From positions 1 to 64,000 of the forward strand of contig JBODTK010000141.1 of the NCBI GenBank assembly GCA_050613775.1: a DNA stretch of 64,000 nucleotides, in the 5' to 3' direction. Position 1 is the first letter of the stretch. Every line of letters begins with the position of its first letter. The notes beneath the pieces are model-generated. The model was not told the origin of the DNA. It saw only the letters and a program-made list of their open reading frames with translations, and made no database searches. Positions 1-12,800 of the stretch are shown piece by piece. A program made the position numbers and the translations under genes. The stretch is from Neocallimastix sp. 'constans' (taxonomy: Eukaryota).

Positions 1-139
1 GTAAACTTGATTAGATCAATTAAATATGCAAGAAGTTTAAATTTGGTTTTAAAAGAATTATTTAACATCATTCTCTATATTTCTAAAATATTCACAATTT
101 TCTCTTTTTTTTTTTTTTTTTTTTTTTGGATTGAATGAA

Positions 140-780
140 TTAAATGAGGATTCCAATTTGATGTGAAATCTTATGTTAATAGCAAATTGGTATTAGAAGA
201 TTGCCCCATCATGCTGTCCTTGCTGTGATGAAAGTATCAAGCATACCTAGTTTTACACATGGGATACTTTTATGTTCTAAATTTAAAGAATTTAGGAAAC
301 AATGAATTCATTTTATTTACGAAGTTTTTATTAATTTTTTTCTGATTGTTTATGAGAAATAAGTGAAGATTCCTGATGGCAAAGAGGAAGAATTTGATAA
401 TAGTTATTAATTTCTACATAATGTGTTCTCCTTATTGGTGAGAAATGCAGTATATGCGATCTTATATATCGATTTGGGGGGAGGAAAGAAAGCATTTTAT
501 GAATAATATTTTTCAATCACCTTCGAGAAAGTCCTCTTTTCCTGATTTCATACTTTATGGGGCTTATGGAATTCCTTATTGATATACCTATTGTGATTAA
601 TGATTGTTACGTTATGATCAATATGAATACCATTAAACCAACCGTTGCCAAGATCGTCGACGTCTAAACGACAAGGCAAAGAAGAAATTCTGATAATAGA
701 TTCGAATGATAACTTTTATCCACCTGGAGTTATCATCGACGAATGGGAAAAGTTATGAGGTCAATTAGTTTTCGAAACTC
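140..780 (+). mobile_element. Degenerate non-LTR (LINE-like) retrotransposon 3' remnant
   Basis: Less AT-rich than its flanks. Frameshifted translation gives CPCCDES../PSFTHGILLCSKFKEFRK (about 215-300), a C-x2-C...H-x4-C knuckle of the kind found at the C-terminus of LINE ORF2. Stops and frameshifts are present. The motif cgtcgacgtctaaacgacaaggcaaa (~656-680) recurs in diverged form at ~26940. Confidence 0.5.
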
Positions 781-900
781 ATAATGTAGTTTTTTAATAT
801 TAATGAAAAAAATTTTCATCTACTTTATTTTCATACATTTTTTTAATGTATATTATTATATAAAAATTAATCCTAGTTTAAAAAAAAAATGAATGTAAAC

Positions 901-972
901 TTTTTCTTTTTAGGACTGGAATTAACAATAGGAGAGAACAATAGGGCCTCCAGTCTCTTCCTTAAAAACGTA
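901..972 (-). repeat. Short dispersed repeat: hairpin plus A-rich tail (copy 1)
   Basis: Minus strand reads gagactggaggccctatt...aattccagtcct-aaaaagaaaaa. The stem is gactgga (914-920) / tccagtc (949-955). It matches the plus-strand copy at 27001-27046. Confidence 0.65.
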
Positions 973-1178
973 AACTATACGAATTAAAATTTTTTTAATT
1001 AATATAAATAAATTTTATCATTGTTATAAGCATCTTTCATTTATGTTTGGTTTTTTTAACATCAAAACTGTTATTATAATTATTACTATTATAATCATAA
1101 AATTGTTATTGGTATTGCTATTGCTAATATTATTAATTTTTATTTATTATAATTATTATTATTTTTTTGTTATTCACT

Positions 1179-1530
<352 letters not shown>

Positions 1531-1571
1531 TTTTATTATGTTACAAATTATTGAAACATAATAAAAAATTG

Positions 1572-3231
1572 TTGAAACATATTATAAAATAATTATTGTA
1601 TAAGCCACGATGTATTTATACAATAGCATTTAATTTAGAATATTTAAATGCTAGTAACACTTTATCATAAAAATAGTTGATAAAAGAAAATTACTACAAA
1701 TAAAATAAAATTATGAAAATATTAATTCAATAGAGAAAAAAATTGTTTAAGCATATATTAGAGTAATAAATCCTCAAATATCTATAATGACTCTTATTGA
1801 TATTTTAGGCATTTAATAATGGACTATAATTATTTGTAAAGGATTCAACTCTGTGATAAATTATTTAATAATTTACATTTCTCATGCAAAATAATTTAAA
1901 ATATTGTATTGTACATATTTAATAGAAAATATAATATAATGATAATTCCTAGCATAAAATGGGTGCATTCTAACAATAATTGTATTTTTAATGTAATATT
2001 AAACCTAAAGTGAAATGAGTTTAGATAATAACTTATTTAATATAATCATAATACAAGCCTTCGTGAGGAAAGGAAGAATGAAATAAAAAATATAACCATG
2101 AGATATACATAAATAGAAAACATTTATTCATCTACAAACTATATTTATTGACTGTAATGTATTCAAGATGTTATAATTACTAGACTTCCATCATTAATAT
2201 TTTAATTATGAGAAAATTCAAATATATAATTTTTTTTTAAAAAAATTTGGATTTTAAGGGGAATAATCAACATAAAATTATAATATAAAATGTTAAAAGA
2301 AAGTTATTTAACTGATTCTTTGTCCTAGTTATTTAACCATTATATTTATTTTAGAAATGATAAAAATAACCTAAATTGAGAAAATTTCCAAAAATTAACA
2401 TACAAGAAGAATTAACTGAAATATTGAATCTTAATAAATAATGAAACAATTTACATTTTTACTAATAGGTTTAAATGACTAGAATAATATAGTAAGTTAT
2501 AAATATATTCAGTTTTAATACTCCAGATTATGATTTATCAAATACATCAATATATAATATCAATTTACTTTAATAGTAATTGCTAAAATTACAAAGCCAA
2601 TAAATATATATAAGCAAGATAGGGTTAGTCTTCAAAACGGATTATAATTGAAAGTAATGTAAAACTAGGTTATATTATAAAAATATTTAAGAAATTATTT
2701 TAACAATAGTTAAATCAAATTGAATAATTAATTTAATATAAAAATTATTTTATTCATGTAAAAATAAAAAATAGTTTAATAATATCATATAAATTAGGAT
2801 AATTTTATATACATATATTCACGTATTCACGATTAAACCAATTTATTCATTATAGAATAATTAGGTTTAAAGGGATATGTTAGAATATGTGAAATATATG
2901 AAAAATAAGCTTCATATGTATTGAAACATATTGTAATATAATTAATGAAAAAGCCACAATGTATTAATATGAAAGTACTTAACTCAGAATAATTAAGTGC
3001 TAGTTACTCTTTATCATAGAATATATTAAAAAAGTTGAAATAATCTAAACACTAAATTAAATGACTCTTAACACATCTTATATATTATTTTTGATTCAAA
3101 AATATTATCATAATTAATTATTATTTTTCATTATTTAGTAGTAATTGCTACTACTAAAAATTCATTCCTATGAAAAATAAATTTTTTTTTTATTTCCATG
3201 GTGTACTGTCCATAATTTCAACCCCTCCCCC
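1572..3231 (+). mobile_element. Possible highly decayed Mutator-like (MULE) transposon relic
   Basis: A diverged ~100-bp direct repeat (1572-1675 vs 2921-3025). Broken peptide traces IFIDC../VIITR and TFL...ND*N. The end sequence caacccctccccc (to 3231) resembles the right terminus gcaacctcccc of the MULE at 26697. Confidence 0.3.
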
Positions 3232-4256
3232 TCATGGGCAATGAAAATATTGAGGTAATTACATCATTTCATAAAGGTAGATAATGTTCTTGCTGGAAGG
3301 CGTTACTAAGTATTCATCATTGGTGCTCTGGCATGCATATCATTGCTGAGAATTTTCTGGTACGCTTTTTCTCGGAGTGCTTCTCACCTTCCTAACTTCC
3401 TTTGAAGTGAAGCAAGTATAACCTAACCCAAATGAGAATGAAAAATAAAAGAAATTAAATATATTATTCAATTAAAAACATTTAAAAATAATTAAAGATG
3501 ATTTAATAAAATTATAAATTATATATTTTAATTAAAAAAATTTACGATTTTCATTTAAAAATTTATCCAATTTAATATTTTTTTTTACATATATATTCTT
3601 TATTATTAAATAATCCATAAAAAAATTAAAATTATAGAATTTAAACGAAAAAATATTTAACATTAATGATAAACATACAATATTCTTTAAATTACAAAGG
3701 CAACAATCCTTGTAATTTAAAGAATATGTACTAATTATAATTAACAAATAATTTAATTTATTTAATATGATTGTAGATACGTTTCTTTTAAATAATTATT
3801 TATAAAATAATAAAATAATTCTTTATTCAATAAATATAAAAAGACAATATTTATTTCCTATTAAAAAAAAAAAATTTAAAAAATCATACGTGGTTCAATA
3901 CACAAATAAAGTTTATTACTAATCTAAAAAAAAAAAAAGAAAAAAAAAATACACAAATAAAAAAAAAGAACACAAATAAAAAAAAAAAGAACACAATTTT
4001 TTATTTAATTTATGTTATATTAAAAGAAAATTCCAAATCTAAATGAAAAAAATTGGAATGAATAGTGCCATGCATACTTAATTCCAGACTAATCTTTTTT
4101 TTTTTTTTCAATTTAATTCAATTTATAAAAAAAACAAAAAAAAAATAAATAAAGGCTTTATGATTATAAATATTTATTTATTATCAAATATATCTTTATA
4201 AAAATCACATGATTTATATATTTAATATATATGGAGTATATCATAAACATATATAT

Positions 4257-4420
4257 ATTATTTATTATTTATTATTTATTATTTATTATTTATTATTTAT
4301 TATTTATTATTTATTATTTATTATTTATTATTTATTATTTATTATTTATTATTCAACTATTTATTATTTATTATTTATTATTTATTATTTATTATTTATT
4401 ATTTATTATTTATTATTTAT
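4257..4420. repeat. (TTATTTA)n heptamer tandem repeat
   Basis: Directly visible. It produces the spurious YYLLFII ORFs. The same unit occurs in reverse orientation at ~43340-43455. Confidence 0.9.
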
Positions 4421-5431
4421 TATTCCATTATATATTATTTATTATTGATTATTGATTATTTATTAATATATTAATTATTGATTATATAATAGTATTTTAT
4501 TATTCCTAAAAAAAGTAAATAATTTAATATAAAATAAAGCCATTAAACGGTATGTTTTAAAATAAATAAAATACAGAAATTTCTACTAATAAAATAATTT
4601 TTAAAAACTTGTACATTTACTAATAAAATAATAATCAATAAAATTTAGCAAAAAAAAAAAAAAAAAATCTGTGTTACGAAGAATTCTTAATATAGTAAAC
4701 GTTTGATCAAAACTAATAACTATAATTTTTGTTTTTTCTACTTTTTGTAATAGAATATGAAAAAATAATATTATAATATATATTCTTGAATATTCATTAA
4801 TTAATATCATATTTAAAATTAATATATTATTATTCCTTTATTTACACTATACATACTTTATTATTATAATATAATTTTATTATTAAAATATTTATGGTGT
4901 TATATAGTTATAATTTTTTTCCTTTTTTTTTCTGTTTTGTTTATCATTGTATTTCGTAAAAGAAAAATAATTATATAACCAAGAACATAATAGAGTAAAA
5001 TACGTAATTAATTATATATTAATATATAATATAATATATCTAAAGTATATAGTAATTATATTTAAACAAATGGATAGAATTTATCATTTAAATATAATAT
5101 CGGTATGGCATTTACAAAAAAAAAAAAAAAATCCTTGTTACTTTTATTAATATACTTTACATGTTAAATATAAATATATTAAATTTTTTTATGGATCCTT
5201 TTTATAAAAACTTTAATTCGCCATTCCATAATTTATATTGATAAATCACTTTATTTAATTAATTTTAAATAATAAGGAAATAAAAAAAAATAATAAAAAA
5301 AAAATAGGAAAAATAAATCTTAATTGATAATAAGAAAATATGTAATAATTTAATCTTAATTTATTATTTATTATTTTATTATTATTTATAAATTTTATTA
5401 ATTATTTATATTTATTATTTTTTATTTATTA

Positions 5432-5462
<31 letters not shown>

Positions 5463-6379
5463 TTTATATATTTATATATTTATTATTTATTATTTATAAT
5501 TTATTAGTTATTATTTATTATATATTATTTATTATATATTATTTATTATTAAAGTTTTTTTTTTTTTTTTATTATTATTATTTTGTTCTGGTTTGATTTG
5601 TTTATTCATGAATCTTTTTAGTTTTTTATTCATAACTGCCATTATTTAAAAATTATAATGGATGATTTTATTATTATTATTATTATTATTATTATAAAAT
5701 AAAACTAAATAAATCAATCTTTATAAAATAATTTTCAAAAAAAATAATAATAATCATAAAATAACACTAGAACTGTCTATTTTTTGAAAAAAATAATAAT
5801 AATTTTAAAATTAGATTTAAAAAACAAAAGAGTTTTTGTTTTTTAAGCAAAATATTATAACATATTAAATATTAAATAAATCAATGAGTAATTAATTAAT
5901 AATAAATGAATATGATAATATAAAATAAAAATAATATGAATAAATAAATATAAATAACATATAATGAAATACAATAAATATTGAAAGAATATGAATAATA
6001 TAATAAATATATAAGTGTTAAAAAACAAATATATTACAATATAATTAATAATTATATTGTAATATATAATTATATAAATATTAATAATATAAGTTAAGGT
6101 ATTACAAATAATATTTCTCCTTTAAAAAAATTTTTTTTATAAAAAAACCTATATCGCTTATTATATAATTATAAAACGAATAAAAACAAAGAATTTTTTA
6201 TATTTTCTACATATAATTAAATACAAATACATTAATTGAATTTATTATCTTTAATCCAAAAAAAGAAATAAAATAATTTAATAAAAAAAAAAAAAAGCTT
6301 CTTTTAAGGATTAACACACTCTTTTTTTTTTATTAATATTAAATTTATAAAAGATTAAATGTAATATTTTTTTTTATTA

Positions 6380-6515
6380 ATGGCATCCCTGAAACGTCAG
6401 TTGACAAACGCTCCTGCTCTGGAGGCTCCAAAAGTTAAAGAGCCCATACTACTATACATAGCAACAAATTGTCGTGGTGTGAGAGAGAACCGTCATGGTG
6501 GTAGGGAGGCAGAAA
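6380..6515 (+). mobile_element. Fragment of Ty3/gypsy pol (RT connection/RNase H-like region), Tat/Retand-like
   Basis: GC-rich island translating as ASLKRQLTNAPALEAPKVKEPILLYIATNCRGV/(frameshift)TVMVVGRQ. This matches the LK..L...PVL.AP...EPLLLYIA....VS.V.VVER pattern of gypsy Tat-clade pol. Confidence 0.65.
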
Positions 6516-6590
6516 ATTTTTAAAGGATAAAATATGATTCTTAAACTTAAATATAATTCCTAGTAATAATAATAAATATCAATAGATAAC

Positions 6591-6672
6591 AATCACCTCT
6601 GTTCTAATTAACACAATTTGTTACATTATGTAATCACCTCTGTTCTAATTAACACAATTTGTTACATTATGT
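6591..6672. repeat. Perfect 41-bp tandem duplication
   Basis: aatcacctctgttctaattaacacaatttgttacattatgt occurs at 6591-6631 and 6632-6672. Confidence 0.95.
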
Positions 6673-9600
6673 AAAGTCTTTTTTTTCGCATTATATAACT
6701 AATAAATCGAATTCACTCGAATATATTATAAAATATTCTATAGCAATAAATTAAAAAAAATGTATGCTTTTTATATTATATATGTAATGGATAAAATAGT
6801 ATAAATATTTATATATAACATTGCTATTAAATATTCTTCTTAATTAATATTGAATGAGATATTAATGTTGTTATTAATTAATAAATAATCCAATATTAAA
6901 ATTATATATATATATATATAAAAGAAAGAAATAATAGTATATTAACATTATTAGTATTATTGATAATTTTAAATTATATATTTAAAATTTTGTTGGTTAG
7001 AGTTAAAAATGTAGATCTAACTTTTATTAGGATTAGAAATGGAAAAAATGATATTGAATTATTATTTATAAATTTAATAAGAGGTATTTTTAATTAAATA
7101 CTACTTTTTCTTTTAAAGATTTTTACTTTATATACGAAAATTTTAAAAAAAGAAAACAAAAACAAAAATACATATATATTTGAATATAAAAAATAAAATT
7201 AATAAAATATATAAATGTGTATATTTTTAAATTTTGGTAAACGTCTTTATGATCAAAATTATAAAGATGTAATTTATTCATAAATATTATATAAATTAAA
7301 TAATGAAATATAAACAATATTAACTAATATTTTAAATGGAAAATAAATTATAAATTTAAATATTAATTGCCAGGGCAAACAATTAAATATTGTTTATTAG
7401 GTATAATTATTATTAATATATGCGTATATTTGAAGTATAATAAATTGGAAAAAATAGAATAAATTACCTATAAAATCTATAAACTTTATTGGGAAAAATT
7501 TGAATAAAATTTTTTGATTTTTTAATATCTTTTTATTTTGTAAATATTAATTATTTTTTAATATTAATTTTTATATTTAAATAAAAAAAAATCAATTAAA
7601 ATAAAATTATCCATTAATTTGAAAAAAAAAAAAAATTATTAAATATATACACCAAATTTTTGAAAATATTATAATATATAAATATATATTTATATTAAAT
7701 ATTTACATATATTAATATATAAAGTAATTAATTGAAATCATTAGTTAAAATTTATTATTATTTATTTATTTTCATTTTTATTCAATTTATATTAATCTTT
7801 TCTATTAAATTAAAAATTTTTTTATCAAGAGTTTTTCATTTTTATAATTAATAAGCTAATATTAAAAAAAAAAACTTCTTCAAAACGCGGTTTTCTTCAT
7901 AAAATATATATTTAATTAGCAAAATGTTTTAAGTAGTGATTTATATTTACATATAAAATTCAATGCTATAATAAATATTATAATTTTTATTATTTATTAA
8001 TAAAATTTTTTTAAAGTTTATATATAGAAAATGATTAGTAATACTATATAAGTAAATACAAAAATATATTTATTATTAATAACAATAGGATAATATAAAC
8101 AACAACTACTACTTTTATTTATTTATTTATTTACTTATTTATTGTTTTCTTACAATTAATTCTTGTTCTTTGTTTTTTATATGATATTTGTATATTTTTT
8201 TTAAAGTTTTCTTTTTTTTTATTTTATTTTTTTGTTTAAATAATATAATAAATCAAAAAATTAAAGTTTATATATATATAATTTATATGATTAATATTAT
8301 ATTTTATTTTTAAGTAAAATTTTTATATATGATTTTGTTTAACAAAAATTTACTTTATATATAAATAATATATATAAACCATTATTATCTTATTATATAC
8401 TAGATTGTAAATTAAATAATTAAATAGAAATAAATAAATAAATAAATAAATATATGTGTAAAATAATAGATAAATGAATAAATGAATATAAATATCTAAA
8501 TCTAAATAAATATTATAAGAAGATAAGTAAATATCTATCTATTATTAATTTAATTAATTTTATTTGTATTAATTTAAAATTTTAATTTTATATTGACATT
8601 TAATTATATTATAATATAATCAATTATATTAATTTTTTTTTTATTTGTACTGAATTATAAATACTATGAATTAATGATTTGAATTGAAAATAAAATTAAT
8701 TAGACACTTTTATATTATTTATTTTTTCTTCCTTTTTTTTTTCTTTTCCTTTTCTCTTTGTAAAATTATTTGAAAATATATAATCAACTCATCAAAGATA
8801 TATTATCAACTCAAAAAAATTCTTTATTTTTATTTATTTATTTTTTTTAAAAAAAGAGAAGAAATATTATAAATAAATTATATACTTAATAATAAAAATA
8901 TAATTATTTTACTAAAAACAATTTGAAATTATTTTTTTTTTGATAAACGCAATAGTATTATTTTTAATAAACATAGAGTTTGAATTAGATTTTTTTTTTT
9001 TTTTAAATTATAAAAGTAGATTATTTATTATAAAAAATATAGAGTAAAAGAAAAACATTTATTAATGTTAAAAAATAACATAAATTTTAAATCTCGTATG
9101 TATTAAAAATAAATAAAATAAAAACAAAACAAAAGCGAAAAAAAAGAATACAAGCATATAATATTAATAAATTAATATAAAAAAAAATACACACATTATA
9201 TTACTCAGAGAACAATAAAATATTTATTAAGGTATAATATGATATATTTAAATGCACTTTATTAATAATTTAATATTAAAATTTATTAAATTTTATATTT
9301 AATATATATATATTTAATAAAAGTATTATTAATTACAATCATAACATTTTTTAAAATAATTTAATTAAGCAAATAAATTTGAAATTTACTATATTTTTAT
9401 ATAATTTATTTGTTTTTAAGAGCATTTAAAACGAATACATTTTTTTTTCTAAAAAATGTAATATAACAAGGAATAAATTTATAATATTTATAGTTACTTT
9501 AATATATATTAATATAATTTGTTTTTTATTTATATATGTACATATTAGTTCATTTTCATAGAACTATTAATAATCAAACTTTAAACTAGAAATTTCGGAA

Positions 9601-9810
9601 TAAAAACTTTTTTTACACATAAAGAAAAAAGTAAGTATTAATAATATATATTTTATAAATTAATAGATAATAAATAATTATAATTACTAAAAAATAATCA
9701 TTGATATCTATTATTTTATATACGATATTACCTTAATATATGAATATATACATATATATATATATATATATATTTTTTTTTTTTTAAAACTAAAAAAGAA
9801 AAATTTAAAA

Positions 9811-12800
9811 ATGTCTTCAAGAGTTATTAATATTCCTCCAAGGGAAAATAGAAAGTCCAAGGAAGCTTGGGCTTTAATTGATAGTACTATACCATGTGAA
9901 GAAATGAAATTCAACTTGACTCAAAACAAATTAGCTAAAATTGAACACTCTGGTGCTTATGTATATCATGATTATTCAGAATGTATTGATATTGCTTGTC
10001 CAACAAATAGAGTAAGCATATTATATATATTTATGTATATAATTTTTTTTTAAAAAAAATAAAAAAATAAAATTAAAATATATATTAATTGACTGCTTAT
10101 TTTTGTTTTATTTATTTAATTTTAGAAAATTAATTTCTGTTCTACTTCTTATCTTGGTTTAAATCAAGATCCAAGAATGAAACAAGCTGCTTATGAAGCT
10201 ATTGAACAATATGGTTTAAGTCCTCTTGGTAGTGCACCATTTGGTGGTTTAACAAATCTTCATGAAAAATTAGGTTACCGTTTAGGTAAAATATATGGTT
10301 TACCATATGGTATTACTACTTCTGGTGGTATGTATATAAAAATAAAATTTTAAATAGTGATGATTTAATATAATTAAAATTTAGTAAATAGATAAAAATA
10401 ATTAATTTTTTTTTTCTTTTTAAATATCTTTTTCTTAAAATAAATAAATATATATTTAATTATAATATTTTAAATTACTAGCTACCCTTGCTAATATGAC
10501 TATTATTCCATTAATTGTTGGTGCTAAGGATTTCGTTTTTTCAGATGAATTAAATCACACTACCATCATTGATGGTATTGATTTATCTAAAGCAAAAATG
10601 ATTAAATATAAGCACAATGATATGGAAGATTTAGAAAAAAATGTTAAACTAATTCATGAAAAATTCCCAAATAGTGTAAAATTAATTATTTTCGATGGTG
10701 TATTTAGTATGGAAGGTAAGGAATATTGATATAGAAATGTGATTATTTGATAAATTGTCATTATTATTTTTTTTTTTTATTTATTTGTATTTATATTAAA
10801 TGTATTTTATGTTTATTTTTATAATATGCTTTATATTTAATAATGTTTGAAATTTTTTTTTTAAAAAAAAATAGGTGATGTCTGTGATTTACCAAACATT
10901 GTTAGAATTGCTAAGAAATATAATTGTAAAACAATGATTGATGAATGTCATGCTCTTGGTATTATTGGTATGTTTATAATTTTATAATTTTATTTTAATG
11001 ACATGTTTTTGTCTATATATAAAGTAGAAATGATTATAAAAAATATAGTTTTCTTTATATTTGTTTTTAAAATATTTTAATAATATATATTCTACCATTA
11101 TTATTTCTTTATTTTTTATTAATAAATATCTTAAATTTTTGCTATTAAATACTTTAATTCAATCATTTTTAATCTTTCGTTATTTTTTGTTAATAAAATA
11201 TTTAATAATTTTTTTTTATTTTTATTTTTATTTATTATTTTTTTTTCTTTAATATCAAGGTCCACACGGTTATGGTACATTAGATTATTTTAATATGCCA
11301 GGATCTGTTGATTTTGTAACAGGTACATTAGTTAAATCTCTTTGTTCTCATGGTGGTTATATTTGCTGTAGAAGAGATTATCAAAATAAGTTAGAAAATT
11401 CAAGCGGTATTATTTTTTCTACAAATAATACACCAGCTTATGCTGCTACTTCATTAAAGGCTCTCGATTTAATTGAAGAAGAAGGTCCAAATAGTGTTCG
11501 TGCTAGACTTCAACGTAATGTCAAGCATTGGAAAGAAGGTGTTCGTAACCTCGGTTTTGAAATTATTGAAGGTGTCAGTTGTGTTTGTCCAATTATGATT
11601 TATGATGAAATTAATGGTTTAAAGTTTCAAAAACGTTTATATGAAGAAGGTTTGAATTTCTCAGCTGTTGCTTTCCCAGCTGTTCCAAAGAATATGGCTA
11701 GATTAAGAACTACTGTTTTAGGTTCACTCACTGATGAAGATATTGATGAAGCTTTAAGTATTTTAGGACGTGTTGCTCAACAAGAATTTCCACAAATTTT
11801 AGTTAATGGGTCTACTAAGATTTATCCAGCTCTTCCAAATCCATTAAAACCAAGAATCCCTGAATTCGATACTTATGAAAAGAAAAGTTATCTTCATCCA
11901 ATTAACAAACCAAAGTATGCTGTTATTGGTGTTGGTTGTCGTTTCCCAGGTAATATTAAATCTAAGGAAGATTTCTGGGAAATGCTTACTTCAGGTCGTT
12001 GTCTTACTTCAGAAATACCAAATGATCGATGGAATACTGCGGAATGGTATAACAAGGAACCAAAGAGAGGTACTATGCAAACCACAAGAGGTGCTTTTAT
12101 GGAAGATGCATTCTATTTTGATAATAAATACTTCTCTATCTCTCAAAATGAAGCTAAAGAAATGTCTCCTGAACAACGTTGGTTAATGGAATTAGCAGTT
12201 GAAACCTTTGAAGATGCTAACATCAATCCAAAGAAATTAAAGGGTTCAAGAACTGGTGTATTTGTCGGCTCTTCTGGTATGGACTTTGTTTCAGCCCAAA
12301 TTTCTCATGCTAATGATTTAACTCAACATTCCGCTACTGGTCTAGAACTCTCAATTCTTGCTAATCGTATTTCTTACTTCTTTGATTTGAATGGTCCATC
12401 CATTTGTACTAATACTGCTTGCTCAGCTTCAATGACCGCCTTAAATCTTGCTATTAATTCAATGATTACTGATGATTGCGATGCTGCACTCGTTGCTGGA
12501 ACTAATTTATTATTTACTCCAGGTAGTTATGTTGCTTATTCTCAACTTCGTGTTGTTTCCACTGATGGTTCATGTAAGCCATTCGATAAGAATGCTGATG
12601 GTTATTCACGTATTGAAGGTGCTGGTATGATTTTAATTAAGCCATATGAAAAAGCTGTTAAGGATGGTGATAAGATTTACTGTGCTATTTTAGGTAGTGG
12701 TACTAATGAAGATGGTCATACTCCATCATTAACTATGCCATCTTACAGTTCTCAATGCAAGTTATTAACACATGTTTGCGAAAAATTTGATATTGATCCA

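Noticed and set aside
4209..4455. YYLLFII-repeat ORFs
   Set aside because: They are translations of a TTATTTA heptamer repeat.
9811..10967. Separate bioF/SPT gene upstream of the PKS
   Set aside because: The PLP lysine and C-terminal half of the AOS lie in the same uninterrupted ORF as the KS, so it is one gene.
11295..11297. ORF-track start Met for the PKS
   Set aside because: It is an internal Met. The frame is open back to the splice acceptor at 11259/11260, and starting here would truncate the AOS fold.
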